A stretch of DNA of 64,000 bases. It comes from an uncultured virus (IMG/VR IMGVR_UViG_3300014969_000015) (Duplodnaviria > Heunggongvirae > Uroviricota > Caudoviricetes). The notes under the pieces are model-generated. The model saw only the letters and a program-made list of their open reading frames with translations. It made no database searches and was not told the origin of the DNA. The stretch lies in IMG/VR virus record IMGVR_UViG_3300014969_000015. One strand, given 5' to 3'. Positions 23,130 to 33,657 of the stretch are shown piece by piece. Each line of letters opens with the position of its first letter. The first letter of the stretch is position 1. The translations under genes and the position numbers were made by a program.

Positions 23130-25625
23130 TCAGACGGACGAGCCTCCCACATCCGAACGAGAACCTTTGCCACGCTCTCGTCGCCGTTTCGGGAGCTTAT
23201 CAGGCTTCCCCTCGTTAGGGGGCACGGAGCCGCGCGAAGGCGCGGCCGGCACCGGTCCGCTCGTCAGTCCACGCCGATGCAGTAGATTGCGACCGGCATT
23301 CGCATCCTGGTCCCAGGTCCGCCCACACGCTTCGCACTGGATCTCGATCGTGCGTGCAAAATCTGCATGCTCTTGGTCACGACCGCACCAAGCGCATTCC
23401 CGGGTCGACTTTCTGCCACGCGCCACATCGATCACGGTGCTCGCGGTCTTGTGAGCGGCCTGCGCGATGGCCAGGCGCAGCTCCCCTGGTGCCGCCATCC
23501 GCGCCTGCCGCCGCTGCTCGCGGCCCTCGTGAGGATCTCCCTCCTCCGGGGCGAGACGGTTCCAGCCCTCGATGTCCACGATCTTCATCTGACCTTCACG
23601 ATTCTCGCTGCGGCACAGTCCGTCCTCGACGAGGATCGTCTGGTACGTGCGGGCCAGCTCCGCGGCGATCTGGCGCCATACCTCGCGGCGGTGTGCGATC
23701 GTCCGATCGCGCATGTGCGCCTCCCAGCTCCCGAGGTGGCGATCTTGCTTGGCCCATGCCTGGAGCCCTGCAAGCATCTCCGTGTCCCCCTCGAAGCGAT
23801 TTTCTTCGCGCTGCCAAGTATCGATGAGGCGCTGCAGCTTACGGGGGGCCCGCCACTGCGGCAAGCCCTTCGCGCGGTCCGCGAACCATGGCGGTAGAGC
23901 CGCGAGCGCGCGATCCAGGAGCCCGGACGGACTGTTATCCGCCGCGGGGACCGGATCCGCCGCGGGGACCGGACGATGTGCCGGGACAGGCTTTCGCCCG
24001 CTGATCCAAAGGACCAGTTGATCTCGTGCACTGTCGAGCTCTCGTGAACGGATCTGTGCGATCGAGTAAACCTTCGCGAGGCGCTGCCAGAGTCCATCCG
24101 GTGCACAGATCTCACGCTCTCGCCCGTGCTCGTCGACCAGATATGCGACGCGCAGCCCGGTCTGATTCCCGTTCTCATCGAAGATCCGCCGCCATCCGAT
24201 ATCGATCGCGCAAGTACCTCCGACAGCCAGCGGCTGCGAGGGGCGATGGAATGTATCGCTCTCGATCGTGAGCTGCACCCTCCACTCGTAGTGGATACCG
24301 ACGCGCCAGCGGTGAACGTACACCCACAGGATCTCGGCATCCTTGGGCATCCGGCGATGGTGCGTGAGCGGGAAGCGGACCCACGTGCTCTCCCGCTTCG
24401 CGGGACCCCAGCCGAACTGCATCTCGAGGTACTGCCCGTCGAGACGGGCCGGGATCTCCTGATAACCCTCCCCGTGACGCTGCCTCTTAGCCTTCCCGCG
24501 GAAGGGCTTGGCAATCCGTCTCCGAGTCGTCCGTGGAAGTTGTTCCCAGCCTTCGGGCAGGGACGTCATTCGTACGCGGACGTCGTCCCCGGAGTAGAGG
24601 TCATCCGCCGTGACGCTGTAAAGCCTTCCATCGAGGGGAATGCGGGCATCGCCAAGGAAGCGAGTGAGCAGCTCCCAGTGCCCGATAACGTAGCCTGCAG
24701 CTTTGCCAAGCGACGTCTTGTGCTTGACCTGCTCACCGAGCCAAATCTTGAGTTCCTCGAGCACCGCTGCGGACTCGGTGCGCCGAAGTGCAAAGCGCTG
24801 CACGAGATCGCCCTCTGCCCGATCGTCGATCTGGCGCAGCTTGGCAATCAGCTCGAGAGCGCGCGAAGCTTCTGGATGATCGACCTTGGCCTCCTCGAAC
24901 TTTCGGGAGCAGTGCGCCCAACAGCCCTCCGTGTCACGGGCCCGGGGCAGCTGACGGCCGATCGATCCTTCGCCTTCGTAACGCTGGAAGATCGGCGGGC
25001 GCCCCGTCGAGTCGACAGAGCGCTCCACGGCGCGCTCGATGTTGATATACGTACCGTGCATGAGGCCTTTGGCGGAAAACTCCGCGCGCGCGGCCAAGCG
25101 CCGCTCCGCGGCCAACTCTCGAACTGCGCCGTAACGGGGCTGATGGTGGTCGCGTACCTCGGACAAACCGCGGGCGTCCTTGACGTCGCGCCAAGCCTTG
25201 GCACAGTCCACCTTCAGTGCTTTGATGTGCTGCTTGATTGCCTCGTCGTCACGATGCTCGGGCGCCCGCCCCGCCTTCGCGGCACGCAGGGCCGTATAGG
25301 CCGCGTCCAACCCTGCACTCTTGGCCTCCCAGCGCACGGTCGCTTCGCGCGTGAGAGGATGATCCAGATCGATCGCTCGGAAGCTCCCACGTAGCTCGAT
25401 TTCGATCTCGGTCAGCCGGCAACGGTACTGATGCGCCAACCAAAACTGCTCATCGACCAACTTCCGGTGCTCTGGATCCTCAGGAGGCAAGATCCGATAA
25501 CTGTAGATCCGCGTGGGCTTGGTCGACGTCTTGCGCGCGCGTGATTTACGGGCTTTGGGCGGATTGCTCGAAGCTGCGTCGAGCGCACCAGGAACATTGG
25601 CCGAAGAGGTCTGATTATCGAGCAT
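23130..25625 (-). CDS. cas12m: Cas12m-like (type V-M / V-U1, TnpB-derived) RNA-guided effector with an IS66-transposase-derived insertion
   Basis: EQFWLAHQYR, GLMHGTY, FQRYEGEGSIGRQL, HRRMPKDAEI, RuvC-I CAIDIGWR, QWRAPRKL, WAKQDRHL, HRREVWRQIAAEL, RuvC-II ILVED, AAPGELR, Zn finger CAWC..CEAC and RuvC-III WDQDANA, all collinear with Cas12m; adjacent CRISPR array; likely start 25625 after aaaaggatga (ORF open from 25652). Confidence 0.85.
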   Translation of the reverse strand: MLDNQTSSANVPGALDAASSNPPKARKSRARKTSTKPTRIYSYRILPPEDPEHRKLVDEQFWLAHQYRCRLTEIEIELRGSFRAIDLDHPLTREATVRWEAKSAGLDAAYTALRAAKAGRAPEHRDDEAIKQHIKALKVDCAKAWRDVKDARGLSEVRDHHQPRYGAVRELAAERRLAARAEFSAKGLMHGTYINIERAVERSVDSTGRPPIFQRYEGEGSIGRQLPRARDTEGCWAHCSRKFEEAKVDHPEASRALELIAKLRQIDDRAEGDLVQRFALRRTESAAVLEELKIWLGEQVKHKTSLGKAAGYVIGHWELLTRFLGDARIPLDGRLYSVTADDLYSGDDVRVRMTSLPEGWEQLPRTTRRRIAKPFRGKAKRQRHGEGYQEIPARLDGQYLEMQFGWGPAKRESTWVRFPLTHHRRMPKDAEILWVYVHRWRVGIHYEWRVQLTIESDTFHRPSQPLAVGGTCAIDIGWRRIFDENGNQTGLRVAYLVDEHGREREICAPDGLWQRLAKVYSIAQIRSRELDSARDQLVLWISGRKPVPAHRPVPAADPVPAADNSPSGLLDRALAALPPWFADRAKGLPQWRAPRKLQRLIDTWQREENRFEGDTEMLAGLQAWAKQDRHLGSWEAHMRDRTIAHRREVWRQIAAELARTYQTILVEDGLCRSENREGQMKIVDIEGWNRLAPEEGDPHEGREQRRQARMAAPGELRLAIAQAAHKTASTVIDVARGRKSTRECAWCGRDQEHADFARTIEIQCEACGRTWDQDANAGRNLLHRRGLTSGPVPAAPSRGSVPPNEGKPDKLPKRRRERGKGSRSDVGGSSV
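24625..24935 (-). mobile_element. in-frame IS66-family transposase (TnpC) fragment inside the effector
   Basis: GCWAHCSRKFEEA...ALELIAKL..ID...RR..S..VLEELK.WL......SLGKAAGY...HWELLTRFLGDARIPLD matches the IS66 CWAHxRRKF...LGKAxxY...W..LxRFLxDGRxPLDNN segment. Confidence 0.8.
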
Positions 25626-25742
25626 TTTCATCCTTTTTAGAGCTAGGAACAAATCTCAGCGCGCCTTGCGAGCAAGGACATGAGCACCGCAAAGCGGCGG
25701 CGTCACGTGCTGGTGCGCTACTATGACTGGCAGTCTTCCGTC

Positions 25743-26312
25743 TCAGAAAGTAGCAACGCGCCCGGCGCGTTCGAGGCGCGCCCCAATTTCTTTCCAGGCC
25801 GCCATCTCACGATGCATCCTCGCGATATCGGCCTCGGACACGGGCTGCCGAACCCCGTTGATTGTCCAGAAGGCCTCTCCGCTGAGTAAGCGCTCCAAGT
25901 AGCGAAGCTTCGCCGGCACCGCCTTGCGAAGCTCGCGCATGTCCGCACCCGGAAATGTCTCGACGAAGGCAAGAATCTTTTGATCATCTGTATAGGGCCC
26001 AACACCATCCCAATGCACATGCCCCTTATCATCAAGATACATTGCAGCGCCCCATTCAATGTACGTAGAGGCCTTGGGCTTGTTCCAAGCGCCTGTCTTG
26101 GGATGCAGCGTCTGGGAGACGAACCGCCAGCCCTTCTTAGGTTTTTCCTCCAGCCAGTACCGAATCTGTGTGCGGGCACTAAATCCATACGGGTAGTCCT
26201 CGACGAGGTACGCCGAGGCCGGGCTTGTGTGCCCATAAATAGGTGTCTTGCTGCCTACGGACGGAATAGCAAGCGCCTCAGCAATGTCCCGATCAAACTG
26301 TGCCTTGTTCAT
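25743..26312 (-). CDS. conserved phage hypothetical protein with N-terminal shared helical tag, directly upstream of the effector
   Basis: MNKAQFDRDIAEALA...DYPYGF..RTQIRYWLE..KGWRFVSQT..PKTG.WNKPKASTY. Confidence 0.7.
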   Translation of the reverse strand: MNKAQFDRDIAEALAIPSVGSKTPIYGHTSPASAYLVEDYPYGFSARTQIRYWLEEKPKKGWRFVSQTLHPKTGAWNKPKASTYIEWGAAMYLDDKGHVHWDGVGPYTDDQKILAFVETFPGADMRELRKAVPAKLRYLERLLSGEAFWTINGVRQPVSEADIARMHREMAAWKEIGARLERAGRVATF

Positions 26313-26596
26313 ACGGCCTCGATGAGGGCAAGATCTCGATAGATGAGCGCGCGCAGATAACTCGCCTGCGTGCGCAGGGCGCTCTTGGAGCGCTTGCGAA
26401 GACGGGCGGCTGCCCGCCGACTGATCTTCACCTGAACGAGCACGGACAGGTCTTGTTTTTTCTTCGAGACAGGCATCGAGGAGGTACCCTACATTCACAT
26501 CCGAACGCATGTCAACCGCATACTGAACCCATAACTTATGCAACGCGATGTGAAACTGATACACGTACGCGCCTCCATGTGTGGAGGGCCAGACAC

Positions 26597-26612
26597 GGGT
26601 ACCAAGCTACCC
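26597..26612. promoter_or_regulatory. GGGTA-N6-TACCC site
   Basis: gacac-gggta-ccaagc-taccc between divergent genes. Confidence 0.65.
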
Positions 26613-26678
26613 AGCCTTTACAATTGCTGTGTTACACGGCTTCGAGAAACGGCATGCGGATCGCAAGTCCGTCCAAAC

Positions 26679-27008
26679 ATGCAACAGCTAGCGCGCTCAG
26701 CCGAGCAGACCGACAGCTTCCACGAGGTCGTCGAGCAGTCCGCCGAGCAGTCCGCGGGACCTGACGTGGAAGAGCCCACGATCCTGGCCGATCTGATGAA
26801 CCGCCCGCTCACCGAGGCCAAGCGCCTCGCGGCTGCCGCGTTCGAGCGCCGTTATCTGGTACAGGTGATGGAGCGCGCAGGCGGCTCGGTCTCTGGGGGA
26901 GCACGACTCTCCGGTCTCGATCGCACCAACTTTCGTCGGCTGCTCCAGCGCCACGGCCTCCACGGGACCGCCTGCACACACACGGTCAGTTTGGAGCCGG
27001 AGCTGTAA
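26679..27008 (+). CDS. stand-alone Fis-type HTH (C-terminal domain of sigma54 activators)
   Basis: LTEAKR....FERRYL..VMERAGGSVSGGARLSGLDRTNFRRLLQRHGL. Confidence 0.8.
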   Translation: MQQLARSAEQTDSFHEVVEQSAEQSAGPDVEEPTILADLMNRPLTEAKRLAAAAFERRYLVQVMERAGGSVSGGARLSGLDRTNFRRLLQRHGLHGTACTHTVSLEPEL

Positions 27009-27808
27009 CACTTCGCTGTTATCCGTGGGACCCGTGAGAACTGCATGTGCCATCGCTCTCAAAATCGATGCGCGTACCGCCAATGGTACTCCACCAAGCG
27101 CTTCTGAGCAGCGTAAGGCCCGCGAACTCATTGCTTATATCCTCAACGCGCGGGAGCCATGACGCATACCAAATACATCCTGCCCGATGGCAGATCCATC
27201 ATTGCGATTTCCCCTGGGACCCTCGAGCCCGTACCCATGCTCACGATCGAGCTTTCACCCGACGATGAGCTGTGGTCCCGGGGTCAGCGAATCCCAGGCA
27301 CGCAGCGCAGATTCATGCTGGCAGAAAGAGCCCAAGGCCTATGAACGACGAATCCCTATCCGACGATCGTATCACGTGCTTGCTCGATGAGACCAAACGC
27401 TTCAAGCAGGTCCTCAAACCCGAAGCCTTCGCCCAGTGGTTCGACTCTGAGAAGACAGCCCTTGCTGTCGAGGTGCAGCGTTACCGCGCCATGTTACGCA
27501 GGCTGGAGATGCTCGCGAACAGGCTCAGGAGCCCCGCTTGGGAATCCCTGGCTGCAGAGCTACGCACCGCAATATCCGGTGTCATGTACCTTTATCGTTG
27601 CGAGACACACGGGGACCGCCCGCTCCTATCGCAGTATCACGCGGGTGGTGTTCTCTGCTGGGACATCGATGTGGTCCGAGGAAAGTCTTGCACGCAGATT
27701 GCCCGACTAATCGGCGCGGTTAACGTTCCCTGACCAGCCCCTCGCGCAGAATCCCACGCGCTGAGCTTCCCTATCGCAGTACCATGCATTGCAGCCGCAT
27801 CCCCTACG

Positions 27809-29071
27809 ATGAGCCTACGGTCCTCCATGACCCCCTACGACGCCCCTCTTCCACCGCAGTACCGCGCGTTGCAGCTTGCGGCCCGCGATGATCCCCATGA
27901 TCGGGTGGTCCTTGCGGACTGGTACGAAGAGCACGGCCATCGCGCCCTTGCCGCCTCCACGCGCCAGCTTCACGGGCTCTACCGCCCGGACACCACCACG
28001 ATGGCAGAAGTCATGTCCAGCCGCCCCGAGGTGTCCCGCCTATGGCGCGATGAGCTGCCCCAACGGCCCCACCGGACGCGCAAGCGTGTGAATAAAATGA
28101 CAGCGGCGGAGGCTGCGCAGATGCCAGGGTGGGCCGAAAAATGGGTCGCCATTGGGCTTTCGACGGAGCGTGCGGATCGGCCACGGTTCGAAGCCGCGGT
28201 CGCGGCCTGCTATCGCTACTCAGGCCTTGCCAACCCAAGAGCGATCATTTGGGCACCGTGCCCCATTGTCGTCACCTACGCAGGATCCATTGCGACGGCG
28301 GTGCTGCGTAGGCTCGGAGAGTCGGGCACCGGTGCAGTAGGTAATATAAACAGCAGCGTGCAAAGAAGCGTGTACAGTAGTATACACGGCAGCCTTGACG
28401 ATAGCGTGAGCAGCGCTGTGAATAACAGCGTGGCCGATCCTGTGTGTGTCGGCGTGGCAAAACACTTGGGAGATAATGTTCACGGTCACATTAACGCCAG
28501 CATAAACGACAACGTGGCATACACCTTGGACGACTGCGTGGCGGGCAGCGTGCGTGCAGGTGTTCGTGATGGCGTGAACATCAACCAACGTGCAGGTGCA
28601 AGCGTGGATGACAGCTTATTTGTCAACGTGCATGCCAGCGTGTGCAGCAGCGAGACCAACCTACAAAATGACATAATGCATAGCGTGGCCGACAGCGTAC
28701 GAGCCGCGGTGCCCCGCAGTGCCGACATGGCCGGACAGCTCAATGTGTACGGTGAGAGTAACTACTTGGATCAGTGGTCCTTCTACAATGGAGGGCAGTT
28801 CTGGGTAGGTTGGTACTGGTGGGGTCCGGCATCCACATCCTTTGCGCTTGACGTCCTGCGCCTCGACATCGGACACGCGCAGGAGTTGAAGGCCCGGGCG
28901 TATGCTGCGGCCCTATCCTCGGCCTGTTGGTGGTGGCCCCACAGGGATTTCGTGATTGTCAGCGAGCGCCCTACGCTGATCGCAAAGCATCCGAACGGTA
29001 AGCTCCGTGATGCGCGTTGGGAATGGACCGATGCCGCAGGAAAGCGTTGTGCGTGGAGTGTAAAGCCATGA
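27809..29071 (+). CDS. DUF6745-like phage protein with N-terminal DxxRxVLADWYEEHG motif and a central V/S/D low-complexity repeat
   Basis: DDPHDRVVLADWYEEHG; W..IGLSTERADR..FE.AV...Y...GL..P; C-terminal SACWWWPHRDFVIVSERPT. Confidence 0.65.
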   Translation: MSLRSSMTPYDAPLPPQYRALQLAARDDPHDRVVLADWYEEHGHRALAASTRQLHGLYRPDTTTMAEVMSSRPEVSRLWRDELPQRPHRTRKRVNKMTAAEAAQMPGWAEKWVAIGLSTERADRPRFEAAVAACYRYSGLANPRAIIWAPCPIVVTYAGSIATAVLRRLGESGTGAVGNINSSVQRSVYSSIHGSLDDSVSSAVNNSVADPVCVGVAKHLGDNVHGHINASINDNVAYTLDDCVAGSVRAGVRDGVNINQRAGASVDDSLFVNVHASVCSSETNLQNDIMHSVADSVRAAVPRSADMAGQLNVYGESNYLDQWSFYNGGQFWVGWYWWGPASTSFALDVLRLDIGHAQELKARAYAAALSSACWWWPHRDFVIVSERPTLIAKHPNGKLRDARWEWTDAAGKRCAWSVKP

Positions 29072-30104
29072 CCCTCATCAGCAATGGCGATGGGACGTAC
29101 ATTGCATCCCCTCTCGACGTGGTCATGATCCTCCACAACGTGGTGGCTGGAACCTTCCACGCCGCCTTCTTCGAAGAAGCCCCACTGCCAGGAGTCCCTA
29201 CTGCCAAGAGTGTACGGTTGCGCTGCAGACTGCATTGTCTACTAGGAGCTCTCTCACTTGAGGTAGCCCTGGCAGACCTCTTCGGGCTGGCCTCGAAGAT
29301 CCGAGTGCCCCCAGAGAATGTCTGGTGCGACAAGCCGCCCTACCCCTGGGACGGAAGACGGCGAGGGATCACATTGGTCGTCGCCAACTGGAAGGTACGC
29401 CCATGAAGAGCGGGGGTTATCCGCTCATCGAGGCGATGCTTTTTCTGCCCACGCTGCCCCGTATCGAGTGGATTTTTACGCCTGCTGGCAAACGTGTCCA
29501 GATATGGATCTGGCCTGAAGGTCACCCATGCGAGATGGACATCGACGTTTCAGATCTTGATGGCCTACAAGAGCAAAACAACGTCCTCCCTAAGAATAAG
29601 TAATGCAAATCCCCAAGCAGTCGTTAGATCACCTCTACACTGCAATGCTTAATATTGCAGAGCACCGCAGTCTCGTCGGCTGCCCCACATCGCACCGTGG
29701 CAAAATTGGAGCGATCGAGGGAGTATCCCACGAGCTTGCCCATCAGCTCGAGATGGGTCGTCATTTCGAAGAGCGCCTCCGTACGATGACCGATACGCGA
29801 GCGGATGCCCACGAGATGGCCGCTCTTCGTATTGAAGTCACGGCCCTCACCACCTTGGGCTTAGCCTTATCCCTGCAAAGGCTGTGGAAAGACGCCAACT
29901 GGCAGGGCGATCGCCCGCAACTAACCGCCGCCCGAAGGGTGCTAAGCCTCCGTGAACGGAAGTGTGTTCGTGCGTTCGTGCAGATCGTAAACACCGCGTC
30001 TGGGCGCGAAGCAACCGCAGGACGTTCAGTTAAGGTGGATCTAGGCGCTATCATCAAGGCGTCCTGTATCCGGGTAGCCGATAACTAAGCAGCTATCAGG
30101 ACAC

Positions 30105-30120
30105 GGGTAAAAACATACCC
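30105..30120. promoter_or_regulatory. GGGTA-N6-TACCC site
   Basis: gacac-gggta-aaaaca-taccc, intergenic. Confidence 0.65.
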
Positions 30121-31967
30121 AGTTCTATAGAATCAAGGCTTTGTGCGGATCATTATCTGGCACAGGAAGCGCATTACAAAAAGGACATGGTCCTGGCGAG
30201 CATCATGACAGATCTTGAGCTGTTCCTTGTTGGACTGATCATGGCTGGAACCGTATACTGCGATGGGCTGCAGTTCGAAGATCCGACAGCGGACTTCGAT
30301 CTCTGGAGAATGTCCTGGGATGCCGCCGTACCGGCCTGGGATCGAGCGGCACGGGGGCGCGGATGGCGAGCGATCGGAATGTGCTGGGAATATCACACAG
30401 ACGGCTGGTGAGCGGGTGAACCGCGACAAAAGGATCCACATGGGGCGCGACGACGACAAAATGACGGACGATGCGTTGATCCACGCGCTCGCGCGCTTCT
30501 TGGTCGCCGAGCATTTCATTTTTGGCGCACCACCCATCTCCAAGGAGCTGGCTCAGTTTGTCGGGTATACGCAGCGCGTCGAAGCCGCTGTTGTGAATGA
30601 ACTGCTTGCACGTGGATGGCTGTTCTTCCCCGCGGCAGGACAGAAAAGTGTAACAGCTAGGGGGAGAGCACGCATCGCCGCCGCCATCTGCACGGCAAAA
30701 GCTCTCGCAGAACAGCCCGCGGGAACTCCCACAGAACCGAGCAATACAACGAGGCTCCGTGAAGTCACCTGGGATAGCCTGACGATGAAGCAGATCGCAG
30801 ATATGCGAGCGTCGAGCACCGGGCGTTTGCGAGCCGACTGTATCCGTGCAGAATCAGGGCGCGATACGCTGTCCCTGATGCCGACCCTCAAGAGAATCGC
30901 AGCAGCTATCAACGCACGGACAAAAGAGGGGCGCTGATGAGCCTAATTACCCGCGAAGTCGATTGGAAAGTCGAAGCTGTCGTAAGTCAACAGGTTGATG
31001 CGAGTGTAACCTCGACCGTGACGGGGAGTTCGAAGCTCTTGACGCCCTGGCCTTCAAAGCTCCGAATGTGAAAAGGTAAAACATGCTCAACCCTCAACCC
31101 AAGGCGTGGCCGCAATGTGCGGAATGCAAGGCACCCTACGTGTTACGGCGGGCCTTCATCTTTACAACGAAGCGCAATAGCCGCTCAATGTCCATCAACG
31201 AGCGCTGGGCATGGCAACGAGACTGCAAGCACCGCAAGGCTGCAGTGGTGGTAGCGCACGACAAGGTGTCTGCACGAAACGTTGGTCGTGCCCGCGACAA
31301 GTCAACGAAACGTCGGCTCGACATGTCGGCGAAACAGGCAAAGTAACGTGCAGGGCGAACGGTCGCTAACTCACGCCGGGTACGCCTGGCATGTATTCGC
31401 GTACTTTCCATGCAACACCAGCGGCGTGCGCGTGGCTGTTTGCAAAACGTCCCAGGGCGCCGAACGCGCGGCTCGGGCGTTTGCTCGCAAGAACAAGGTC
31501 CACGTCACATGGCGTCGGATGCCGCCACAGCCTCACAGCGCGAGCCGCAATTAAACCTCGACCAAAGGAACTGGTTTCAATATGATGGTCATGACCACAG
31601 CGCCACTGGATGACGGGGGGGCGTCACGCGTTACCGTTGCCAATGAGGGCCTACACGGGCTCGAATCCGCACTCTTAGCTGAGGCCCGGCAGAGGCTGGT
31701 TAGTCGATCCGGCCTCATCACAGGGTATCGTGTCCTCCAAGTTCACCGAGTCACCGCGGATTTTCTGCGGGTCGTCGGTTGGTCTGACAAGTGGCTTGGC
31801 GAGTGGATCGGCAGGCAGGGCTACGGGGACGGGATCACTGCAGAAATTTCTGCGGTTTCCAGGGACCAGATCGCTTCCGCGATCACCATCGTGGCGAGTC
31901 AGATCGGTGCCGACGAGGGGGCCTTGGTAGATCCTCTGATCTTGGCCCTTGAGGAGCGCTTGGCGCC

Positions 31968-32744
31968 ATGATTAGCCATGCAGCGCGCCAGATATTTAGC
32001 CGCAGGGCCATGGACGTCCTACAGATCGCCGAGGCCCTGGTCACGCGCATTGGAGACGGTTGGGGTAATGAGCTGCGCTGTCACGAGCTTGCCAGGGCGG
32101 TCCAAGGATGCCTGCGCGAGGCAGGGTACCCACGCGCCAGGGTTGTCGATGGACGGATGGGATCGATCGATCACAGCTGGATCGTCCTTCCCGGTTACGA
32201 GCTTCCAGCAGGATCTGATCGCTCCCCGATCCTCGACGTGTACGCACCAGGTCGCCTACCCCAGGTCCAGTTGATCGACGCCAGCTGGACCATCTCCGCA
32301 GACTACGTCGTGGGCTCAGAGCGATTGGACGTGCAGCGCGACGTCGTACGAAGCCTCATGAAAGAAATGAAGATCCTGCCGGCGGAGGCCCCGGCAGGAT
32401 CTCGGGCAACCCATGCTCTAGATCTCGCGGCCCGCTACACCGTTCCAGATATGGATGACGTCCTGGATAAGCTGTCCGGTCGACAGGATCTCCTGCGGGT
32501 GATCTTGGCCGCAGCAGATGAGCTGAGGAAGCGCTTCGAAAACACCACCCCCTTAGTACTCAACGTCCAGAATGGGGAGCACCTGACGATCGTCGTGGAG
32601 ACAACGCTGCCGGTTGCAGAGGCCCACGATCGGATGATGCGTTTCCTGCGAGAATGGTGGTGGATCCGAGTCGCTGTCGAGAATCGAATTACCGCGCGGC
32701 TGCGTGTCCTGCAGGACACAACGCATAGCAACCCAACGCCATGA
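31968..32744 (+). CDS. two-domain hypothetical protein
   Basis: N-terminal RCHELARAV...DHSWI...ILDVY (Cys-His-Asp, possibly transglutaminase-like) plus an unrelated C-terminal domain. Confidence 0.5.
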   Translation: MISHAARQIFSRRAMDVLQIAEALVTRIGDGWGNELRCHELARAVQGCLREAGYPRARVVDGRMGSIDHSWIVLPGYELPAGSDRSPILDVYAPGRLPQVQLIDASWTISADYVVGSERLDVQRDVVRSLMKEMKILPAEAPAGSRATHALDLAARYTVPDMDDVLDKLSGRQDLLRVILAAADELRKRFENTTPLVLNVQNGEHLTIVVETTLPVAEAHDRMMRFLREWWWIRVAVENRITARLRVLQDTTHSNPTP

Positions 32745-33657
32745 ACGAAACCATCCACCAACATATTACAGACGCCGCTTCGCTCGACGCTTGGCAGCCT
32801 CGCGACGGCTACGCGATCGCGACTTGCAAGATCCTGATCAGCAGCGGCGCGTACACCGCGTGGGAACCACGTACGTACGAATTCCGACGGACCGCTCAGG
32901 GCGCTTGGATCATCGACACGAATCCAGGCATCCTGTGGCGAGATTCTTGGGAGGACGTCGTGCACTGGTTCTGCGCCATGAAACCCGTCGAGATCGATCT
33001 GATAACCACTGTGTAAGGAGTACTCTTGAGGGATTCCCCGCGAAAAGTCGGGGCAACCCCGGACATTGCAGTTGACGATCGTCATTACATAACCTTTCAC
33101 GTTGCCCAAGGAGCGTTGGCCATGGCGCCCTCCCAATCGCCAGACGCACAGTCGCTGATCTCAAAGCTGAATATCTCACGACCCTACGACGGCAGGTTGG
33201 TCCAACTGCGTGAATCTCGTGAGGGATGGCACTACACTGGGATCAGTGGCGTCTGTACACGCTTTGCCGAGGACGGTCGCCTCATGGTGATCGTGGTTGA
33301 GCACGATCCGCGCGACTACTGGCCTGTCGGGATGGAGATCCTGGCGGAACTTGACAGTGAAACAGTGCCAGTATTCTTCGGATCGGCAGGAAACTAGATC
33401 GTGAGCAATTTCAAGGTTGGCGATCGCGTTCGCATGAAAGGTGTCAAGCCTGACAGCCCGGAATACGACACTGGAACAATCATCGGGTTCACATTTGGCA
33501 ACGCCAAGGTGCACTGGGAATCTTCGGATGAGACCTACACCGAGAACCCGACGGAACTCGAAGCGCTTGCCAGCGAACCTGGACAACCACACCGCAAACA
33601 TCGGCCATAACCATCAGGCCTTCCAGTCCCCTCGCGCCCCAGGCACGCACACCTGAA

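Noticed and set aside
19639..23285. ORFs inside the array (e.g. 19639-20019, 19649-20083, 20138-20578, 22703-22996, 22773-23285)
   Set aside because: They are translations of the repeats (RASTAR, ERQPLRQA recur) and of the 96-bp triplication, and show no coding features
24625..24935. Active IS66 element
   Set aside because: Only ~105 aa of TnpC is present, without catalytic residues, accessory ORFs, terminal inverted repeats or an evident target duplication
23167..25394. Long antisense and alternate-frame ORFs over the effector (24126-25394 +, 23585-24514 -)
   Set aside because: Shadow ORFs typical of GC-rich coding DNA; the same applies to 34827-35885 and 49932-50882
23130..25652. Plain IS200/IS605 TnpB transposon
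   Set aside because: There is no TnpA or recognisable IS ends, the protein is much larger with Cas12m-type motifs, and it abuts a repeat-spacer array
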